A DNA stretch of 64,000 nt. Origin: Candidatus Multivorans sp. GTDB lineage: Bacteria > Acidobacteriota > Thermoanaerobaculia > Multivoradales > Multivoraceae. The position numbers and the translations under genes were made by a program. The DNA lies in NCBI GenBank assembly GCA_965222875.1, contig CBDCVC010000002.1, forward strand, positions 1,574,583 to 1,638,582, read 5' to 3'. The notes under the pieces were generated by a model that saw nothing but the letters and a program-made list of their open reading frames with translations, searched no databases and was not told the DNA's origin. Positions 1 through 11,923 of the stretch are shown here, in pieces; the stretch's first letter is position 1; the number at the start of each line of letters is the position of its first letter.

Positions 1-744
1 ACCGCCGTCCAGAACGTAGGTGGTCGCGGTCGCAAACCTTCCTGCCTGAGTCGCCAGGGTCAACACCAGGGCCGCGATATCCTCCGGCTCTCCGATGCGG
101 CCCATCGGGTTGATGGCGATGTTGTTTTTCTCGACCATCTCGATCAGGCCCGCAGCCAGTTCAGTCCGGCACAGACCGGGAGCGATGGCAACCGTGCGGA
201 TGCCGTCCTTCGCCCACTCCTTGCCGATCATCTCGGTGAAGTTGATCAACGCCGCCTTGGACGGCGGGTAGATGCCCAGTCCCGGCGACGCCCGGAGGCC
301 CTCGTTCGACGCGATGTTGATGATCATGCCGCCGCCGCGCTCTTGCATCGTGGTCCGGCACAACTGCGACAGTCTGATCGGTCCCCACAGGTTGGTTGCC
401 ATGACCCGCCGGAAGACGTCCTCCTTCAGCTTGGAGATCGGGCCACCGCCGCCCCTGGCTGCGTTGTTGACCAGGATGTCTATGCCACCGAGCTCGGCGA
501 CCACCTGCTCGTAGAGGTCCTCGACTGCTTCGGTGCTGCCGACGTCGGCGGAAATTGCAACGACGCGGCGGCCGAACTCTCGCAGCTCGCCGGAGGTGGT
601 CTCGAGTGCCTCGAGACCTCGAGCGGCAATCGCGATATCGGCGCCGTTCTCGGCAAACGCGAGGGCGATGGCGCGACCGATGCCCTTGGAGCCCCCGGTG
701 ACCAGTGCCACCTTGCCGTCCATGGAATGATCGACGATCGGCAT
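1..744 (-). CDS. Short-chain dehydrogenase/reductase (SDR) family oxidoreductase, 5'-partial at window edge
   Basis: The reverse-strand translation reads MPIVDHSMDGKVALVTGGSKGIGRAIA...NAA...YPPSKAAL. This carries the classic SDR TGGxxGIG Rossmann motif and YxxxK active site. The ORF runs off the window start and is missing from the ORF track because it has no stop within the window. Confidence 0.7.
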   Translation of the reverse strand, partial: MPIVDHSMDGKVALVTGGSKGIGRAIALAFAENGADIAIAARGLEALETTSGELREFGRRVVAISADVGSTEAVEDLYEQVVAELGGIDILVNNAARGGGGPISKLKEDVFRRVMATNLWGPIRLSQLCRTTMQERGGGMIINIASNEGLRASPGLGIYPPSKAALINFTEMIGKEWAKDGIRTVAIAPGLCRTELAAGLIEMVEKNNIAINPMGRIGEPEDIAALVLTLATQAGRFATATTYVLDGG

Positions 745-819
745 GATGGCCTCCGTTCCGGATCTTGAGAGTGCAGCACCTCTGGCGGGCACTGCCTGCG
801 GCGGATGGGACGATACACC

Positions 820-2382
820 CTACGGCATATACGGCGTCGGACCGGGTCCGAGTTGGGTCTCGAGAACCGCCTGGGCGGCGTCGACGAACTCGCAGACCAT
901 CGGTCGGGTCTCGCGGGGATCGATGATCTCTTCGATGTTGAACGCCTCGGCGGTGCGAAACGGCGACGCCAGGGCCTCGAGGCGGTCCTCGATCTCCTTC
1001 TGCTTGGCCGCGGGGTCGTCGGACTCCCGGATGATGCGCCGATAGGCGGCGGTCACGCCGCCGGAGATGTGCATGGACCCCCAGTGGGCGGACGGCCACG
1101 CCACTCGCCTGAACATGCCGCTCGGGCGATCGTGGCACTGGCCGGCGACGCCGTAGAGCTGCCGGATGATGATGGTCAACCACGGCATGCGGGTTCTAAG
1201 CGTCGCGCACAGCATCTTGGCGCCGGCGCGGACGATCCCCTGGCGCTGTTGCTCGGGGCCGACCATGAATCCGGGCTCGTCGCCGAAATAGACCATCGGT
1301 AGGTGGAAGGTGTCGCACAACTGCAGGAAGCGAATCACCTTGGTGCCGGCGGCGACGTTCATCGAGCCGCCGAGATGGGCCGGGTTGTTGATCATCGTGC
1401 CGACGGGATAGCCGTTGACGCGGGCGAGTCCGACGATTCGAGAGCGTCCGTAGAACGGCGTGATCTCGAAGAACGAGTCGCGGTCGAGAACCGCGTCGAG
1501 GATCTCTATCGGGTCGTAGGCCTTGTTCTTCTCGCGTGGGATGGCGGACAGGAGCGACGGCTCACGGCGCCCCGGGTCGTCGTGGGTGTCGCCGCGCGGC
1601 GCCATCTGCCAGACGCTGTCCGGCAGATAGCTCAGGAACCGCTTGAGCTGTGCTGCGGCCTCCTCCTCGGAGTCGACGAGATTGTCGATGACGCCGCTCC
1701 CGTAGACCTGCGTGCGCTCGTCGCCGAGATCTTCCTTCGTGATGTCGATGCCGAGTGCGGCCTTGACGACCGGAGGCCCACCCGGGAACACCTGGCTCGT
1801 GCCCTTGACCATGACGTTGAAGTGGGCGAGGCACGACTCGACCGCCGGCAGTCCGGCCACCGAGCCGAGCACGGCCGCGACGACCGGGACGGTGCAGAGC
1901 AGGTCCTCGACGCCCGGGGTAGCGGCGTTGGTCGGGATGTAGGTGCGTCCGATCTTCTCGAAGGTCTTCACGCTGCCGCCGGTGGAGTCGAGCAGCCGGA
2001 CGTAGGGCAAACGCCAGCCGAGCGCCAGCTTCTGGGCGTGACCGCTCTTGTCGCCGATCGACGCGTCGGAGGCGCCGCCGCGCACGGTGAAGTCGCCGCC
2101 GTTCAGAACCGCGCGGCGGCCGTCCAGGCGGGCGAGCCCGATGACCCTGTTCGAGGGTCGGACGTCCTGGAGTTCGTTGCCGTCGTAGGTGGCCACTCCG
2201 GCAAGCTCACCGATCTCCCGGAACGAGCCCTCGTCGGCGAACAACTCGAGACGCTCCCGGATCGTCAGCTTGCCGCGACGGTGCTGCTCCGCGATGCCGG
2301 CCTCGCCGCCCATCTGTTGGGCGAACTCGCGGCGCCGCTTCAGCTCCTCGATCTCTCGCTCCCAGACCATTGGCGCTGGCAA
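820..2382 (-). CDS. pccB: Acyl-CoA carboxylase carboxyltransferase (beta) subunit, propionyl-CoA carboxylase-like
   Basis: The 520-aa ORF has the typical carboxyltransferase N and C domains, with motifs such as GGxxxxRGGASDASIGDKSGHAQK, AVLGSVAGLPA and VIRFLQLCDTFHLPMVYFGDEPGF. Confidence 0.85.
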   Translation of the reverse strand: MPAPMVWEREIEELKRRREFAQQMGGEAGIAEQHRRGKLTIRERLELFADEGSFREIGELAGVATYDGNELQDVRPSNRVIGLARLDGRRAVLNGGDFTVRGGASDASIGDKSGHAQKLALGWRLPYVRLLDSTGGSVKTFEKIGRTYIPTNAATPGVEDLLCTVPVVAAVLGSVAGLPAVESCLAHFNVMVKGTSQVFPGGPPVVKAALGIDITKEDLGDERTQVYGSGVIDNLVDSEEEAAAQLKRFLSYLPDSVWQMAPRGDTHDDPGRREPSLLSAIPREKNKAYDPIEILDAVLDRDSFFEITPFYGRSRIVGLARVNGYPVGTMINNPAHLGGSMNVAAGTKVIRFLQLCDTFHLPMVYFGDEPGFMVGPEQQRQGIVRAGAKMLCATLRTRMPWLTIIIRQLYGVAGQCHDRPSGMFRRVAWPSAHWGSMHISGGVTAAYRRIIRESDDPAAKQKEIEDRLEALASPFRTAEAFNIEEIIDPRETRPMVCEFVDAAQAVLETQLGPGPTPYMP

Positions 2383-2389
2383 GAGTACC

Positions 2390-2421
2390 CCGGCCGGCTG
2401 CTAGACTGCGCAGCCGGCCGG
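2390..2421. promoter_or_regulatory. Perfect 12-bp-stem inverted repeat (ccggccggctgc-N8-gcagccggccgg) in the divergent pccB/sat intergenic region
   Basis: Read directly from the sequence. It sits between two divergent start codons, so it is not a terminator and is more likely an operator or 5'-UTR structure. Confidence 0.3.
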
Positions 2422-2460
2422 CGCTGCTGGGCCGCACTACGACCACGTCGACGGAGCAGA

Positions 2461-4184
2461 TGATGACCGAGCCGCAGGTGGCGCGGCGCGGCGGATCGCC
2501 GCAGCCGCTGATTGCCGTCCCGGAACGCCTGAACGAACTGCGGGAGGGATCGCGCGAGTGGCCCTCCTGGACGCTGACGCCGCGCCAGACCTGCGACCTG
2601 GAGCTGCTTCTCTGCGGCGGATTCGCGCCGCTCGGCGGGTTCATGAACCGGGCCGCGTTCGACAGCGTCTGCGAGGCGATGCGCCTGCCCTCCGGCGGGC
2701 TGTGGCCGATTCCGATCACCCTCGACATCACGCCGGAAGCGGCCGGCGGATTGGAGGCGGGTTCCCCCCTGGTCCTGCGCGACCCGGAAGGGCAGATGCT
2801 GGCGGTGCTCACGGTGGAGGACGTCTGGGAACACGACCGGAAGAAGGAGGCCGAGCTCGTATACGGCACGCTCGACCAGGCTCATCCCGGCGTCGCCCAT
2901 CTCTACCAGCGGACGAACACCGTGTCCGTGGGCGGGAGGATCGAGGGAGTGCAACTGCCGCGGCACTACGACTTTCCTGGATTGCGGAAGACGCCCGAGC
3001 AGTTGCGGCGTCGCTTCGCGCAACTCGGATGGAAGACGACGGTCGCTTTCCAGACCCGCAACCCCATGCACCGGGCGCACTTCGAGCTGACCCTGAGAGC
3101 GGCCCGGGAGCTGGAAGCGAACCTCCTGATCCACCCGGTCGTGGGCATGACGAAGCCGGGCGACCTGGATCACTACACGCGCGTCCGCTGCTACCGCAAG
3201 GTCCTGAGCCACTATCCGCGCCACACCGCGGAGCTTGCGCTGCTGCCTCTCGCCATGCGCATGGCGGGACCGCGCGAGGCGCTCTGGCATGCGCTGATCC
3301 GCAAGAACTACGGCTGCACCCACCTGATCGTCGGCCGCGACCACGCGGGCCCTGGCGTGGACTCAAGGGGCCGGCCCTTCTACGGCCCGTACGACGCGCA
3401 GGAACTGATGGTCGAGCACGAGGCCGAGCTCGGCGTGAAGATGGTCCCCTTCCGGATGATGGTCTACGTCGAGGACCGTGATTCCTACGAGCCGGTGGAC
3501 GCCGTGCAGGAGGGCGAACGGACGCTGTCGATCTCGGGCAGCGACCTCCGCCGCCGGCTGCGCCGAGGCCTTCCGATCCCGGAGTGGTTCACCTTTCCGG
3601 AAGTGGCCGGCGAGTTGCGCCGTAGCCATCCGGCGCGCAGCAACCAGGGTCTCACGGTGTTCTTCACCGGCCTTTCCGGCGCCGGCAAGTCGACCATCGC
3701 CAATGTTCTTCTGGTCAAGTTCCTTGAAGCCGGCGGCCGTCCCGTGACGCTGCTCGACGGCGACATCGTGCGCACCAACCTGTCCTCCGAACTCGGGTTC
3801 TCCCGGGAGCACCGCAACATCAACATCCGGCGCATCGGGTTTGTCGCCTCCGAGGTCACGAAGAACGGCGGCGTGGCGATCTGCGCTCCGATCGCTCCCT
3901 ACGAGAGCGTCCGCCAGGACGTGCGGGAGATCATCGAGGATGTCGGCGGCTTCATCCTGATCCACGTGGCGACGCCGCTCGACGTGTGCGAGCAGCGCGA
4001 CGTCAAGGGGCTCTACGCCAAGGCCAGGGCGGGACTGATCGACGCTTTCACCGGCATATCGGATCCCTATGAGGCGCCGGAGAACCCGGACCTGATCATC
4101 GACACGACGGATATCACCGCCGAGGAAGCCGCCCAACGGGTCATCCTCCACCTGGAGAAGGAGGGGTTCGTCGGACCCCGCTGA
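2461..4184 (+). CDS. Bifunctional sulfate adenylyltransferase (ATP sulfurylase) / adenylylsulfate (APS) kinase
   Basis: The N-terminal part matches ATP sulfurylase (QTRNPMHRAHFEL, GRDHAGPG). The C-terminal ~180 aa match APS kinase, with a GLSGAGKST P-loop. I prefer the ATG at 2461 (MMTEPQ) as start over the earlier GTG/TTG of the tracked ORF. Confidence 0.85.
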
Positions 4185-4200
4185 TTCCTCCCCGCGGCGC

Positions 4201-4638
4201 TTGGCGCTCAAGTGGCGATGGCTCTCTGTCGGCGTCGCCGGCGCTGTCGCGTTGTTCCTGCTCCTGCCGGCGCCCGCGTTCGCCGGCGCCTTCGAGCGCG
4301 CCCTGCGGTGGCTTGCGGGCCTTCTCGGGGGCGATACGCGCCGGATGGCGGTCGAACTGCCCTGGGACCAGATCGTCCACGCGGTTCTGTTCGCTCTGCT
4401 GGCCTGGGTCTGGTGCCGGCCGCCGGCGCGCGCCGGCCGGGTCCGCGGCGTGCTTCTCGCGGCGGTGGCGGCGGTGGCCTACGGCGGTGCGATCGAGATC
4501 TGCCAGATGCTGCTCGGTTACCGGTCTGGCGAGTGGATGGACCTGGTCGCCGATGCGGTCGGTGTCGCGTTCGGCGCACTGCTCGCCTCGCGGCTGGTCC
4601 CGCGACGGCGGGGCTTCGTCGCGGCCCGTTCCGGCTGA
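4201..4638 (+). CDS. VanZ-like family membrane protein
   Basis: Small hydrophobic protein with 4 predicted transmembrane segments and a VanZ-like C-terminus (IEICQMLLGYRSGEWMDLVADAVGVAFGALLA). Confidence 0.45.
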   Translation: MALKWRWLSVGVAGAVALFLLLPAPAFAGAFERALRWLAGLLGGDTRRMAVELPWDQIVHAVLFALLAWVWCRPPARAGRVRGVLLAAVAAVAYGGAIEICQMLLGYRSGEWMDLVADAVGVAFGALLASRLVPRRRGFVAARSG

Positions 4639-4688
4639 CGCTGCTAGCGTCGCGGCCCGGCTGACGGATCAGCCGGGGCAAGTGTGGA

Positions 4689-8202
<3,514 letters not shown>

Positions 8203-8230
8203 AGGGTTGGTCGACTTGTCGCCCGGCGGC

Positions 8231-8301
8231 CGAGCTGGCCGCGCACGAAACCGATCGGCTCGCCGGGGCAGCAGTCCCAGAACCAACTCTCGACGGTCTT
8301 G
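8231..8301. repeat. 71-bp degenerate copy (~93% identical) of an internal segment of the ABC-F gene (9453..9523)
   Basis: Direct comparison: ccgagctggccgcgcacgaaaccgatcggctcgccggggcagcagtcccagaaccaactctcgacggtctt versus the ABC-F coding segment. The six-frame peptide VESWFWDCCPGEPIGFVRGQLG matches ABC-F's KKTVESWLWDCCPGEPIGFVRGQLG. Confidence 0.6.
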
Positions 8302-8362
8302 CCCTCGGCCCTCACCTGACACCGGCAGACCCCCGCGCCGCCTTCGCAGACGCAAGTGCTCC

Positions 8363-8380
8363 AACTTGACAACTTGACAG
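8363..8380 (+). promoter_or_regulatory. Tandem direct repeat aacttgaca ×2 (two TTGACA -35-like hexamers) immediately upstream of the antitoxin start
   Basis: Seen in the sequence 22-39 bp upstream of the ATG at 8402. It could be a promoter -35 element or antitoxin operator repeats. No convincing -10 hexamer was found. Confidence 0.3.
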
Positions 8381-8401
8381 GTTGGCTGCCAGAGTCGGCT
8401 C

Positions 8402-8641
8402 ATGAGAGCGCTTCCGGTGGCCGAGTTCAAGGCCGGGTTCTCGAAGATCCTCGCCGACGTGCGTCGTGGCGAGCGCATCGGCGTCCTGTACGGGAGATCG
8501 AAGACGCCGGTCGCCATGATCGTTCCGTATGAACCGGCGCTTGCCGGCAAGCGCGAACTCGGATTCCTCGACGGGGAGGTCACGATCGAGTTCACCGATG
8601 ACTTCGAGATGACCGAAGAGGAGTTCCTGGGCGGCGCGTGA
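8402..8641 (+). CDS. Type II antitoxin, Phd/YefM family
   Basis: 79-aa protein directly upstream of the PIN toxin and overlapping it by 4 bp (ATGA). The N-terminal region (AEFKAGFSKILADVRRGERIGV) is typical of Phd/YefM antitoxins. Confidence 0.7.
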   Translation: MRALPVAEFKAGFSKILADVRRGERIGVLYGRSKTPVAMIVPYEPALAGKRELGFLDGEVTIEFTDDFEMTEEEFLGGA

Positions 8642-9039
8642 CGTACCTGCTGGACACCCACGTCCTGCTGTGGGCCATCGGCAGATCGACCAGGCTGTCC
8701 GTTCCCGCTCGCGAGATCGTTGAAGACTCGCGCAATCGAGTACTGGTGAGTACCGTGTCCCTATGGGAGGCGTCGCTGAAGTACGGGTTGGGGAAGCTGA
8801 AGCTCGAGCCGCTGGTTCCGGACGAGATTCCCGACCACTGCCGCCGGCTCGGCTTCGAGATCCTCCCGCTGGAAAGCGGCGACGCGGCGAGCTACCACAT
8901 CCTGCCGCGGGTGGATGCGCATCGTGATCCGTTCGACCGGATGCTCGTTCACCAGTGCATTCGCGGCAATTTGATTCTGGTCAGCCGCGATGGTCGGATG
9001 AGGAGCTATCGATCCCACGGGTTGCGGCAGGTCTGGTAG
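8638..9039 (+). CDS. vapC: PIN-domain ribonuclease toxin VapC
   Basis: 133 aa. MTYLLDTHVLLW… is the first acidic PIN motif. Further conserved D/E residues are present (SLWE, DPFDRMLVHQC). Confidence 0.8.
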   Translation: MTYLLDTHVLLWAIGRSTRLSVPAREIVEDSRNRVLVSTVSLWEASLKYGLGKLKLEPLVPDEIPDHCRRLGFEILPLESGDAASYHILPRVDAHRDPFDRMLVHQCIRGNLILVSRDGRMRSYRSHGLRQVW

Positions 9040-10729
9040 GGCGTGTCGCGAGCCCTGGTCTCTTCGCCGTCTCTCGCATCTCTCGCTTGTCCCGCTTGGC
9101 CCGCACCAGGGCCGCGGCGCGGTCGAGGTGGTCGTCCCCCAGGCGGTCGAGGTACTCGTCGTAGCTGCCGACGAAGTCGTTGACGCCTTCGGCCGAGATC
9201 TCGATGATCCGGGTGGCGAGTTGGCTCACGAACCAGCGGTCGTGGGAAACGAGGAGCAGGGTGCCGGGGTAGTCCAGGAGCCCGTGGATCAGCGCCTGGA
9301 TCGCCTCCAGGTCGAGGTGGTTGGTGGGCTCGTCGAGGACCAGGACGTTGGGCTTGAGCACGACGTGGCGGCAGAACAGGAGGCGCGCCGCTTCGCCGCC
9401 TGAGAGGCTGCCGATTCGCTTCGCCGCTTCGTCCTTGGAGAACAGGACGGCGCCGAGCTGGCCGCGCACGAAGCCGATCGGCTCGCCGGGGCAGCAGTCC
9501 CAGAGCCAGCTCTCCACCGTCTTCTTCTCGGCGCCCTTGGAGTCGAGCAACTGCTGCCGGTGGTCCTGGGCGAAGTAGCCGGGGTGGGTCTCGTACCCCC
9601 AGTCGATCTGGCCGCAGTCGGCGCCGACCTCGCCGATCGCGATCTTGAGCAGGGTCGACTTGCCGATGCCGTTCGGCCCGATCACGGCCACCCGCTCGCC
9701 GCGGCCGATCTCCAGCGACACGTCGTCGAGGACCTCGTTGTCGCCGTAGCTCTTGGAGATGCCTTCGAGGGTCAGCACCCGCTTGCCGGATGGTCGGCGC
9801 GACTGGAAGCGGAACAGCGGATAGCGGCGCGAACTCCGGGGCAGTTGCTCGATCGAGATCCGGTTGATCAGTTTCACACGGCTCTGGGCCTGCCGCGCCT
9901 TGGTGGCCTTGTAGCGGAAGCGGTCGACGAACTTCTGGTGGTGGTCGATCTCCTGCTGCCGCTGCGCGATTTCGGCCTCTCGCCGGGCCCGTTCCTCGAC
10001 CTTCTTCTGCTCGAAGTTGGAGTACGAGCCCGGGTAGGCGGTGAGGGCTTCGTAGTCGATGTCGAGAATCTGGGTGCAGACGTTGTCGAGGAACCGGTGG
10101 TCGTGGGAGACGACGACTACGACGCCCTTGAACTCGGACAGGAACTTCTCGAGCCAGCGGATGGAGAGGATATCCAGGTGGTTCGTCGGCTCGTCGAGCA
10201 GCAGCGCGTCGGGGTACGCGGCCAGGGTCTGCGCCAGCAGCACGCGGAGCTTGAAGCCGCCGGAGAGGATCGACAGCGGCTCGCGGTGGACCTCCGTTTC
10301 TATCCCCAGCCCCTCCAGGATCTCGGCCGCCCGGGACTCGAGGGAGTAGCCGTCCCAGCGCATGACGACCTCCTCCAGAGCGGCGTAGCGGTCGCCGTCG
10401 AAGTGCTCGTCGGCCCGCTCCAGCAGCCGGTCCTTCTGGACCATCGCCTGCCACAGCTCGGCGTTGCCCATCATCACGACATCGAGGATCGAATCCTGTT
10501 CGTACTGGAAGTGATCCTGCTTCAGCACCCCCAGCCGGCAGCGCTTCGGCACCGAGATCGAGCCTTCGCTGGGCGGCTCGTCGCCTGTCAGCATGCGCAG
10601 GAGGGTCGACTTGCCCGAACCGTTCGAGCCCACAAGGCCGTACCGTTGCCCTGAGGCGAAACGCACGCTCGCGCCCGCGAACAGGGTCTGTTCGCCGAAG
10701 CTCTTGCTGAGGTTGGAGATCGAGATCAT
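8981..10729 (-). CDS. ABC-F family ATPase (tandem ABC ATP-binding domains, no membrane domain), YbiT/Uup-like
   Basis: Two Walker A motifs (GSNGSGKSTLL, GPNGIGKSTLL), two LSGG signature motifs and two Walker B motifs (LLLDEPTNHLD, LVLDEPTNHLD). The start is set at MISISNLSKSFGE (10729). The upstream in-frame extension to 11455 is R/P-rich and unlikely to be coding. Confidence 0.85.
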   Translation of the reverse strand: MISISNLSKSFGEQTLFAGASVRFASGQRYGLVGSNGSGKSTLLRMLTGDEPPSEGSISVPKRCRLGVLKQDHFQYEQDSILDVVMMGNAELWQAMVQKDRLLERADEHFDGDRYAALEEVVMRWDGYSLESRAAEILEGLGIETEVHREPLSILSGGFKLRVLLAQTLAAYPDALLLDEPTNHLDILSIRWLEKFLSEFKGVVVVVSHDHRFLDNVCTQILDIDYEALTAYPGSYSNFEQKKVEERARREAEIAQRQQEIDHHQKFVDRFRYKATKARQAQSRVKLINRISIEQLPRSSRRYPLFRFQSRRPSGKRVLTLEGISKSYGDNEVLDDVSLEIGRGERVAVIGPNGIGKSTLLKIAIGEVGADCGQIDWGYETHPGYFAQDHRQQLLDSKGAEKKTVESWLWDCCPGEPIGFVRGQLGAVLFSKDEAAKRIGSLSGGEAARLLFCRHVVLKPNVLVLDEPTNHLDLEAIQALIHGLLDYPGTLLLVSHDRWFVSQLATRIIEISAEGVNDFVGSYDEYLDRLGDDHLDRAAALVRAKRDKREMRETAKRPGLATRPTRPAATRGIDSSSSDHRG

Positions 10730-10834
10730 CGAGTAGGCTGCGCGGTTGGAATGTGGCGCGCAAGGCCGAGGCGCGCGGCGCGGCGGAGAGTCAGGATAAC
10801 AACGGGATGAGCGGCAGACGGATGACAGCGAGCC

Positions 10835-11887
10835 ATGCTGGGTAAGGCCCGCAGGCAGACCCGCGCGGCGGCGCCGGGCGATCGCTCCGAGCTTGCGCTG
10901 AGCGTGGTGGGATGGGCCGGCGGCGCCTTCCTCGGCGCGGTCCTGGTGTTCGGCGCGGCAGTCAAGGCGCTCGACCCCCAAGGCTTCGTGAACCAGATCG
11001 AGATCGAGGGTCTGGACTTCCTGCTGCCTGCGGCGGTGGTGACCGTGATCGCGCTGGCGCTCGAGGTCGGGCTCGGCGGCGCGCTGATCCTCGGCCTGCG
11101 CCGGATGTGGGTGCTGGGGCCTTCGGCTCTGCTCGTTGCCTTCTTCCTGTTTCTCACCGGACGCGCCTACTACCGTGATCTGCGCGGCATCGCCGTAGAG
11201 GACGAGGCCGGCTGCGGCTGCTTCGGCAACCTGGTCGAACGCACGCCGGCGGAGGCCTTCTGGCAGGACCTGGCGCTGATGGTCCCGGCCCTGGCGCTGG
11301 CGTTCCTGGGCCGGCGTGTAGTGGAAGGCGTGCCGTGGATCAGGCTCGCCGTCGTCGGCACCTTGACCGTGGGCCTGCTGGCCTTCGCTCGCGCGGCGCC
11401 CGACCTGCCGCTCGACAACCTGGCGACCCGGCTCAAGCCGGACCGCACGATCCACGAGATCTGCAGCGGCGAAGGGGACAGTCTCCTATGCCTTTCCACC
11501 ATCGTGCCGGAGTTGGAGGAGGGCGAGCACTGGCTGGTCATCGCCGACCTCGACGAGGATCTCGGCAAGGCCCTCGACAGCCTGAACCAGCACGTCTTCG
11601 GCGGCGGCCGGATGTGGGTCCTGAGCTCGTTCACCCCGGACGAGTACCACACCTTCTTCTGGTCCTACGGCCCCGCCTTTGAGATCCGCGAGGCGCCGCC
11701 GACGTTCCTGAGTCCGCTGTACCGGACGCTGCCGCGTTCGTTCCGGGTCAAGGACGGGGTGGTGGTCGAGACGGTATCGGGGCTGCCGCAGCAGCAGAAT
11801 TCCGGCGAGGCACACGCCTTTTCGCCGGGCAACGTCGAGCTGGTACTCAACGTGCTCGATGGCCGTTGGTTCAACGACTCGTGGTGA
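10835..11887 (+). CDS. MauE/DoxX-like membrane protein with a soluble C-terminal domain; last ~30 codons derive from a duplicated LRR-gene fragment
   Basis: The N-terminal half has about 5 transmembrane helices and a GCGCFG motif, as in the MauE family. The 3' end (AFSPGNVELVLNVLDGRWFNDSW*) is the ~89%-identical copy of 15091..15187 and ends with TGG→TGA. Confidence 0.5.
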   Translation: MLGKARRQTRAAAPGDRSELALSVVGWAGGAFLGAVLVFGAAVKALDPQGFVNQIEIEGLDFLLPAAVVTVIALALEVGLGGALILGLRRMWVLGPSALLVAFFLFLTGRAYYRDLRGIAVEDEAGCGCFGNLVERTPAEAFWQDLALMVPALALAFLGRRVVEGVPWIRLAVVGTLTVGLLAFARAAPDLPLDNLATRLKPDRTIHEICSGEGDSLLCLSTIVPELEEGEHWLVIADLDEDLGKALDSLNQHVFGGGRMWVLSSFTPDEYHTFFWSYGPAFEIREAPPTFLSPLYRTLPRSFRVKDGVVVETVSGLPQQQNSGEAHAFSPGNVELVLNVLDGRWFNDSW

Positions 11888-11915
11888 GACTACGCCAGTG
11901 CGCTGACCGACGTCG
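11819..11915. repeat. 97-bp copy (~89% identical) of the 3' coding region of the LRR protein gene (15091..15187)
   Basis: Direct alignment shows 11 mismatches over 97 nt. One of them converts the TGG codon to TGA, a premature stop. Homology ends abruptly 9 bp before the IS630 left end. Confidence 0.65.
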
Positions 11916-11923
11916 CTTGGAAC

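Noticed and set aside
161-1183. 340-aa ORF on the minus strand
   Set aside because: It is in a different frame overlapping the SDR gene. The translation is Arg/Pro/Gly-rich and low-complexity, typical of out-of-frame reading in about 70% GC DNA.
9006-10763. 585-aa alternative-frame ORF overlapping the ABC-F gene
   Set aside because: It is on the same strand in a different frame. The ABC-F frame carries intact Walker A/B and LSGG motifs. This frame has none and is R/P-rich.
10730-11455. N-terminal extension of the ABC-F ORF to 824 aa
   Set aside because: The extension is Arg/Gln/His-rich with no ABC motifs. A canonical ABC-F N-terminus (MISISNLSKSFGE) begins at 10729.
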